Source of the DNA: Octopus vulgaris
Lineage: Eukaryota
Assembly: GCA_951406725.2 (NCBI GenBank)
Contig: OX597817.1
Span: 87,978,001 to 88,042,000 of the forward strand
Direction of reading: 5' to 3'
DNA: 64,000 nucleotides
Shown here: piece after piece, positions 62,797 through 64,000 of the stretch
How positions within the stretch are numbered: the stretch's first letter is position 1
Layout: each line of letters starts with the position of its first letter
Made by a program: the position numbers and the translations under genes
Notes under the pieces: model-generated
Told to the model about the DNA's origin: nothing
The model's input: the letters and a program-made list of their open reading frames with translations, nothing else
Database searches by the model: none

Positions 62797-63392
62797 TTAT
62801 GTGTGTGAGTCATTATGTCTGTGTTTATCCCCACCACCACTTGACAACCATTGTTAGTGTTTCTATGTCCCCATAACTTAGTGGTTCAGCAAAAGTGACC
62901 GACAGAATAAGTATTTGGTTTAAAAAAAATAAGAACTGGGTCAATCCATTCAACTAAAAAATCTTCAAGGCAGTGCCCCAGTAAGGCCACAGTCTAATTA
63001 CTGAAACAAAAGATAAAAGATAAACAATGAGAGAAGTCACTACTTTTGCCTTTCTAGCAAAATTAATGTTTGGTAATGGATTAAACCAGTTGTCTTTTAA
63101 GGTTTTAGAGCACCAACAAAATTTCATGCAATGTTTTCTCAAGACATATAAAGAAAAATCTTCACATATTACATTTCATTATATCGTAGACATAGATCAA
63201 TGAAAGAGATCAGAAACGAACAGAAATGAATTCCATTCTCAATAAACTCACCCCTCCTATATTTCCTCGGACATCTCGTAGTTTATGAATCAAAAATGAA
63301 ATGGTGACTGGATGGACTTGGGCAATGGCAGACAACAGCTCACGGCCAACTTTAGAACAGAAATCTTTAGTATGATCATATAGGTACGCAAT
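2352..63392 (-). CDS. EPG5: EPG5 (ectopic P-granules autophagy protein 5), 5'-partial spliced CDS, 33 exons in window, ~1801 aa
   Basis: Hand-spliced exons all have GT/AG boundaries and compatible phases; summed length 5406 nt is divisible by 3. Motifs recognised from vertebrate EPG5 include [62 protein letters not shown] and [15 protein letters not shown]. Confidence 0.95.
4056..4438 (+). mobile_element. tRNA-derived SINE, family A (copies at 56033-56440 +, 62590-63025 +, 62145-62553 -, 31085-31420 +, 3420-3745 -, 3100-3220 -, 35400-35570 -)
   Basis: tRNA-like head with A/B boxes (TGGCTGTGTGG ... GGTTCAGTCCC), central TA/TG microsatellite, conserved tail; multiple copies in the window. Confidence 0.85.
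4743..4952 (-). CDS. EPG5: EPG5 penultimate exon (EGKMLLWW...[15 protein letters not shown])
   Basis: tagTAG tandem acceptor (exon start 4952 or 4949), GTAAG donor. Confidence 0.93.
5071..5296. mobile_element. mariner-type MITE (further copies at 24712-24931 and ~63523-63723)
   Basis: TIR TAC(A/G)AGGGGGTGCTGAAAAGTTC(C/T)TGGCTTT-like at both ends; three related copies in the window. Confidence 0.8.
5424..5820 (-). mobile_element. two tandem SINE B-related copies (further copies near 9296-9426, 13662-13878, 25590-25790, 48010-48197, 59510-59725)
   Basis: tttggcacaaggccagca...gaaaggcaaagtcgac motif; 19-bp TSD aatcaaccaaaatattagt at 5590-5608 and 5821-5839. Confidence 0.75.
5892..6108 (-). CDS. 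EPG5: EPG5 exon (GSFQKSNW...[10 protein letters not shown]...KGKS)
   Basis: cag/GTAAG, 217 nt. Confidence 0.92.
7182..7430 (-). CDS. EPG5: EPG5 exon (ADRYVQ...AACRSLAS...YFTS)
   Basis: cag/GTTAG, 249 nt. Confidence 0.92.
7715..7820 (-). mobile_element. CR1-like RT fragment
   Basis: Degenerate [10 protein letters not shown]...[10 protein letters not shown] translation. Confidence 0.6.
8253..8590 (-). mobile_element. CR1-like LINE 3' fragment
   Basis: TRGHAYKV...[18 protein letters not shown]-terminal motif, (TTA)n tail; same 3' UTR in plus orientation at ~41240-41435. Confidence 0.8.
8959..9158 (-). CDS. EPG5: EPG5 exon (LIKSASK...TVEMA)
   Basis: tag/GTAAG, 200 nt. Confidence 0.88.
12141..12372 (-). 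mobile_element. SINE family B
   Basis: Reverse complement of the 39164 element; 16-bp TSD ctctatcaatcatctt at 12125-12140 and 12375-12390. Confidence 0.85.
12749..12906 (-). CDS. EPG5: EPG5 exon (TEEVILMF...WYLQHCDPR...LEL)
   Basis: cag/GTTAG, 158 nt; absent from the ORF track. Confidence 0.88.
12954..13043. repeat. compound microsatellite (GGGGA)n(GAA)n(TTA)n
   Basis: Visible; lies in the acceptor-proximal region of exon 12749-12906. Confidence 0.9.
13180..13660. repeat. unclassified interspersed repeat (partial second copy at ~47378-47485)
   Basis: Shared segment cttagtggc(g/t)ga(c/t)gatatgtgcatc...gatca..agcagg...attctttg.ggtttgaataa. Confidence 0.6.
14154..14342 (-). CDS. EPG5: EPG5 exon (IRDNGN...HVNWAN...FLSF)
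   Basis: cag/GTAAG, 189 nt. Confidence 0.88.
15358..16735 (+). mobile_element. 5'-truncated copy of the same RTE LINE family (PHD finger + RT C-terminus + 3' UTR + (GAT)n tail)
   Basis: ORF 15306-16238 is nearly identical to the C-terminal third of the 50-53 kb ORF; GAT tail ends at 16735. Confidence 0.93.
16808..16995 (-). CDS. EPG5: EPG5 exon (LLSPVAYS...LPWDQL...ETMST)
   Basis: cag/GTAAG, 188 nt. Confidence 0.9.
17944..18120 (-). CDS. EPG5: EPG5 exon (IDYLW...FSPWV...IPWT...FYK)
   Basis: tag/GTAAG, 177 nt. Confidence 0.9.
19492..19684 (-). CDS. EPG5: EPG5 exon (LAQILEMM...FGLYSKW...SPAQ)
   Basis: cag/GTAAG, 193 nt. Confidence 0.9.
20489..20655 (-). CDS. EPG5: EPG5 exon ([12 protein letters not shown]...LSSHQ)
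   Basis: tag/GTCAG, 167 nt. Confidence 0.85.
22285..22366 (-). CDS. EPG5: EPG5 exon ([10 protein letters not shown]...SMLLK)
   Basis: cag/GTCAG, 82 nt. Confidence 0.85.
24408..24539 (-). CDS. EPG5: EPG5 exon (FDVCIWL...ELILFE)
   Basis: tag/GTGAG, 132 nt. Confidence 0.9.
24712..24931. mobile_element. mariner-type MITE, inverted relative to the 5071 copy
   Basis: TA-flanked TIRs; shared internal sequence (aaatacaggaggatcag). Confidence 0.8.
26253..26564. mobile_element. hAT (Charlie-type) MITE
   Basis: TIR CAGTGGTTCTCAA; 8-bp TSD GTCAAAGG/GTCTAAGG; internal ~20-bp repeats (ccccaagggccatatgga) x4. Confidence 0.85.
26652..26843 (-). CDS. EPG5: EPG5 exon (EFVQKMPDQ...AFMLLSK)
   Basis: cag/GTAAG, 192 nt. 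Confidence 0.92.
29055..29223 (-). CDS. EPG5: EPG5 exon (TLIKL...[18 protein letters not shown])
   Basis: cag/GTAAG, 169 nt. Confidence 0.92.
30829..30971 (-). CDS. EPG5: EPG5 exon (VCEKTLNA...[17 protein letters not shown])
   Basis: tag/GTAAG, 143 nt. Confidence 0.9.
32424..33646 (-). mobile_element. Tc1-like DNA transposon, ~1.2 kb, degenerate transposase (apparent DD36E)
   Basis: Perfect 18-bp TIR CAGGGGTTGGACAAAATA, TA at both ends; peptides [46 protein letters not shown]; frameshifts and stops. Confidence 0.92.
34332..34409 (-). CDS. EPG5: EPG5 exon ([26 protein letters not shown])
   Basis: tag/GTAAG, 78 nt, phase 0/0. Confidence 0.82.
34810..35255 (-). mobile_element. short RTE-3'-end-derived retroposon (copies near 14750-14990, 19117-19340, 27380-27555, 28815-28995, 35760-36250, 38900-39140)
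   Basis: (CAT)n followed by ggatgcccttcctaatgccaaccact core, shared with the RTE LINE 3' end. Confidence 0.7.
36301..36391 (-). CDS. EPG5: EPG5 exon ([13 protein letters not shown]...[12 protein letters not shown])
   Basis: cag/GTAT, 91 nt. Confidence 0.88.
36829..37000 (-). CDS. EPG5: EPG5 exon (TTRILNRL...PPVPEV...CNHA)
   Basis: tag/GTAAT, 172 nt. Confidence 0.9.
37067..37235. repeat. 19-20-bp minisatellite, ~8 units (tgatcaccttatttatttta)
   Basis: Visible tandem array. Confidence 0.9.
38384..38531 (-). CDS. EPG5: EPG5 exon ([10 protein letters not shown]...RVST)
   Basis: cag/GTTAG, 148 nt. Confidence 0.85.
39164..39555 (+). mobile_element. SINE family B with tandemly duplicated 3' portion
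   Basis: Head aggcggtgagctggcagaaacgttagc; 15-bp TSD attaggatctg(t/c)tgt at 39149-39163 and 39556-39570. Confidence 0.85.
40993..41116 (-). CDS. EPG5: EPG5 exon ([16 protein letters not shown]...FCDK)
   Basis: cag/GTGGGT, 124 nt. Confidence 0.92.
41524..41638 (-). CDS. EPG5: EPG5 exon (SPPMSESS...LHTTLQ)
   Basis: tag/GTGAG, 115 nt, needed to bridge phases 1 and 2. Confidence 0.8.
43433..43584 (-). CDS. EPG5: EPG5 exon ([14 protein letters not shown]...EGENT)
   Basis: cag/GTGAG, 152 nt. Confidence 0.9.
45263..45429 (-). CDS. EPG5: EPG5 exon (KSAVK...[29 protein letters not shown])
   Basis: cag/GTAT, 167 nt, highly conserved EPG5 motif. Confidence 0.93.
45595..45828 (-). CDS. EPG5: EPG5 exon ([10 protein letters not shown]...APWLAY...EQAWK)
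   Basis: cag/GTTAG, 234 nt. Confidence 0.9.
45926..46360. mobile_element. second piggyBac-type MITE family interrupted by a nested MITE (45989-46209)
   Basis: Left end TTAACCCTTTCAATACC; degenerate right end GGTAACAAAAGAGATGA. Confidence 0.6.
46522..46749. mobile_element. piggyBac-type MITE (~225 bp); related copies at 18361-18580, 29938-30150, 45989-46209, 55674-55889
   Basis: TTAA-CCCTTT...AAAGGG-TTAA termini (partly decayed) and shared internal sequence (gggtaggtgtgagaggc..gatctggccagttt). Confidence 0.8.
47695..47791 (-). CDS. EPG5: EPG5 exon ([14 protein letters not shown]...EQYQ)
   Basis: tag/GTAAAT, 97 nt. Confidence 0.88.
48938..49035 (-). CDS. EPG5: EPG5 exon (TQIQATNC...IPKWSLD)
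   Basis: tag/GTAAT, 98 nt. Confidence 0.88.
49146..49266 (-). CDS. EPG5: EPG5 exon ([14 protein letters not shown]...FNSMIL)
   Basis: cag/GTAAA, 121 nt. Confidence 0.88.
49432..49645 (+). mobile_element. tRNA-headed SINE, family C (copies near 28452-28700 +, 48540-48820 +, 29790-29915 -)
   Basis: tggcttagtggttagg head and conserved ttgtgttcttgagcaaaac core in all copies. Confidence 0.7.
50234..53385 (-). pseudogene. RTE LINE polyprotein ORF interrupted by a single TGA at 50567-50569
   Basis: 928-aa ORF and the 106-aa continuation are in the same frame; endonuclease start motif [10 protein letters not shown] is in frame upstream of 53353. Confidence 0.88.
53929..54122. repeat. 34-bp minisatellite, ~6 units, in the LINE 5' region
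   Basis: Unit GGTGAGAACAGTGTTCACCGGTATTGGTGGTGGG starting at 53929, 53963, 53997, 54031, 54065, 54099. Confidence 0.95.
54142..54630. repeat. identical 124-bp direct repeat (54142-54265 = 54507-54630), period 365 bp
   Basis: Direct comparison of the two copies. Confidence 0.9.
56033..56440 (+). mobile_element. tRNA-derived SINE, family A
   Basis: Highly similar to 4056-4438. Confidence 0.85.
56478..56541. repeat. (GGTTT)n/(GGTGT)n pentanucleotide microsatellite
   Basis: Visible. Confidence 0.9.
56779..56919 (-). CDS. EPG5: EPG5 exon ([12 protein letters not shown]...LIENQ)
   Basis: cag/GTGAG, 141 nt, phase 2/2. Confidence 0.9.
57078..57592 (-). mobile_element. internally deleted RTE element: endonuclease fragment joined to RTE 3' end and (GAT)n tail
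   Basis: ORF 57356-57538 ([17 protein letters not shown]...AYTPQAG) matches the LINE endonuclease; 57078-57350 matches the LINE 3' end. Confidence 0.8.
58088..58347 (-). CDS. EPG5: EPG5 exon (VALVVRQQ...[12 protein letters not shown]...KYGH)
   Basis: cag/GTAAG, 260 nt, within ORF 58084-58494. Confidence 0.9.
58518..58640 (-). CDS. EPG5: EPG5 exon ([15 protein letters not shown]...EGVKQ)
   Basis: cag/GTAGG, 123 nt, open frame. Confidence 0.85.
58747..59250. mobile_element. TA-flanked MITE, Tc1/mariner superfamily (pogo/Tigger-like termini)
   Basis: 25-bp TIR TACC(A/G)TAAATCCTCGAGTATA(G/A)TCC with 2 mismatches; non-coding. Confidence 0.8.
60312..60476 (-). CDS. EPG5: EPG5 exon ([15 protein letters not shown]...LNWGLNKE)
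   Basis: cag/GTATG, 165 nt, phase 0/0. Confidence 0.9.
61147..62013 (-). mobile_element. mariner (DD34D) transposon relic, internally deleted
   Basis: TIRs TATTGGTTCATCCCATAAATAATG / CATTATTTATGGAATGACCCAATA; [16 protein letters not shown] motif with 34-residue spacing. Confidence 0.88.
62145..63025. mobile_element. head-to-head pair of family A SINEs (62145-62553 minus; 62590-63025 plus)
   Basis: Reverse-complement and forward matches to the 4056 copy. Confidence 0.8.
63252..63392 (-). CDS. EPG5: EPG5 exon ([20 protein letters not shown]...NIGG)
   Basis: cag acceptor, GTGAG donor, 141 nt, phase 0/0. Confidence 0.9.
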
Positions 63393-63522
63393 CTGAAAAG
63401 AGAGAATATTTCTTAATATTGCATGTGTGTGTGTGTGTATTTGTATGTATATAAGCATAAACATATATATGTCTATGTATATATATATGTATATATTTGT
63501 GTGTGTTTGTATATATGCATAA

Positions 63523-63723
63523 ATGCTGAAAAGTTCCTAGCTTTAAGGGTATCATGAAAAGCATGGTTGAAGGCCCAACCTTTTGAGGGCTTAGAAAAAC
63601 TGCAGGAGGGCTGCAATAAATGTGTGAATCTGAGAAGGGAATTTGTTGAATAAAATCATAACTAACCAATCCTCCAGTATTTTCTTTTATCCAATGCCAG
63701 GAGCATTTCAGCACCCCCTTGTA
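63523..63723. mobile_element. mariner-type MITE, same family as 5071-5296
   Basis: tgctgaaaagttcctagctttaagggtatc ... ttcagcaccccttgta. Confidence 0.75.
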
Positions 63724-63759
63724 TATATATTTCCCAGTGTATTATATGCATACCTATGG

Positions 63760-63790
<31 letters not shown>

Positions 63791-64000
63791 ATAAACCTTT
63801 ACATAAATAAATAACATGAAATACACGAAGGGACGAACAAAAAGACAAACGGGTCATTCAAAGCCTTCGTTCTTCAGTCAGAAACTGATTCCTCATCGCG
63901 GATACATATATATATATATACCATATCTCTTACTCAGTTTTCAGAGCTGGCACTGTAAATGTAGGCACACTGAAAGGTAGGTCTAGCAAGATTGTAGAGA

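Overview
AT-rich, microsatellite-rich eukaryotic DNA. The SINE, MITE and RTE repeat families suggest an octopod cephalopod (recognised, not database-checked). The window holds the 3' part of one minus-strand gene, EPG5 (autophagosome-lysosome tether). I assembled 33 GT-AG exons by hand, from 63392 down to the stop at 2352-2354. They total 5406 nt (about 1801 aa), all phases are compatible, and the 5' exons lie beyond the right edge. The introns contain many transposable elements: a near-full-length RTE-clade LINE (49965-~54630, minus), an opposite-orientation 5'-truncated copy of it (15358-16735), a Tc1-like element with apparent DD36E spacing, a deleted DD34D mariner, piggyBac/hAT/mariner/pogo-like MITEs, tRNA-derived SINEs with TSDs, and CR1 relics. 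The long LINE has an APE endonuclease, an RT with an embedded PHD finger, one premature stop and a repeat-built 5' region. No CRISPR, rRNA or genuine tRNA gene was found. The most notable items are the LINE architecture and the inverted repeat pairs inside the EPG5 pre-mRNA.
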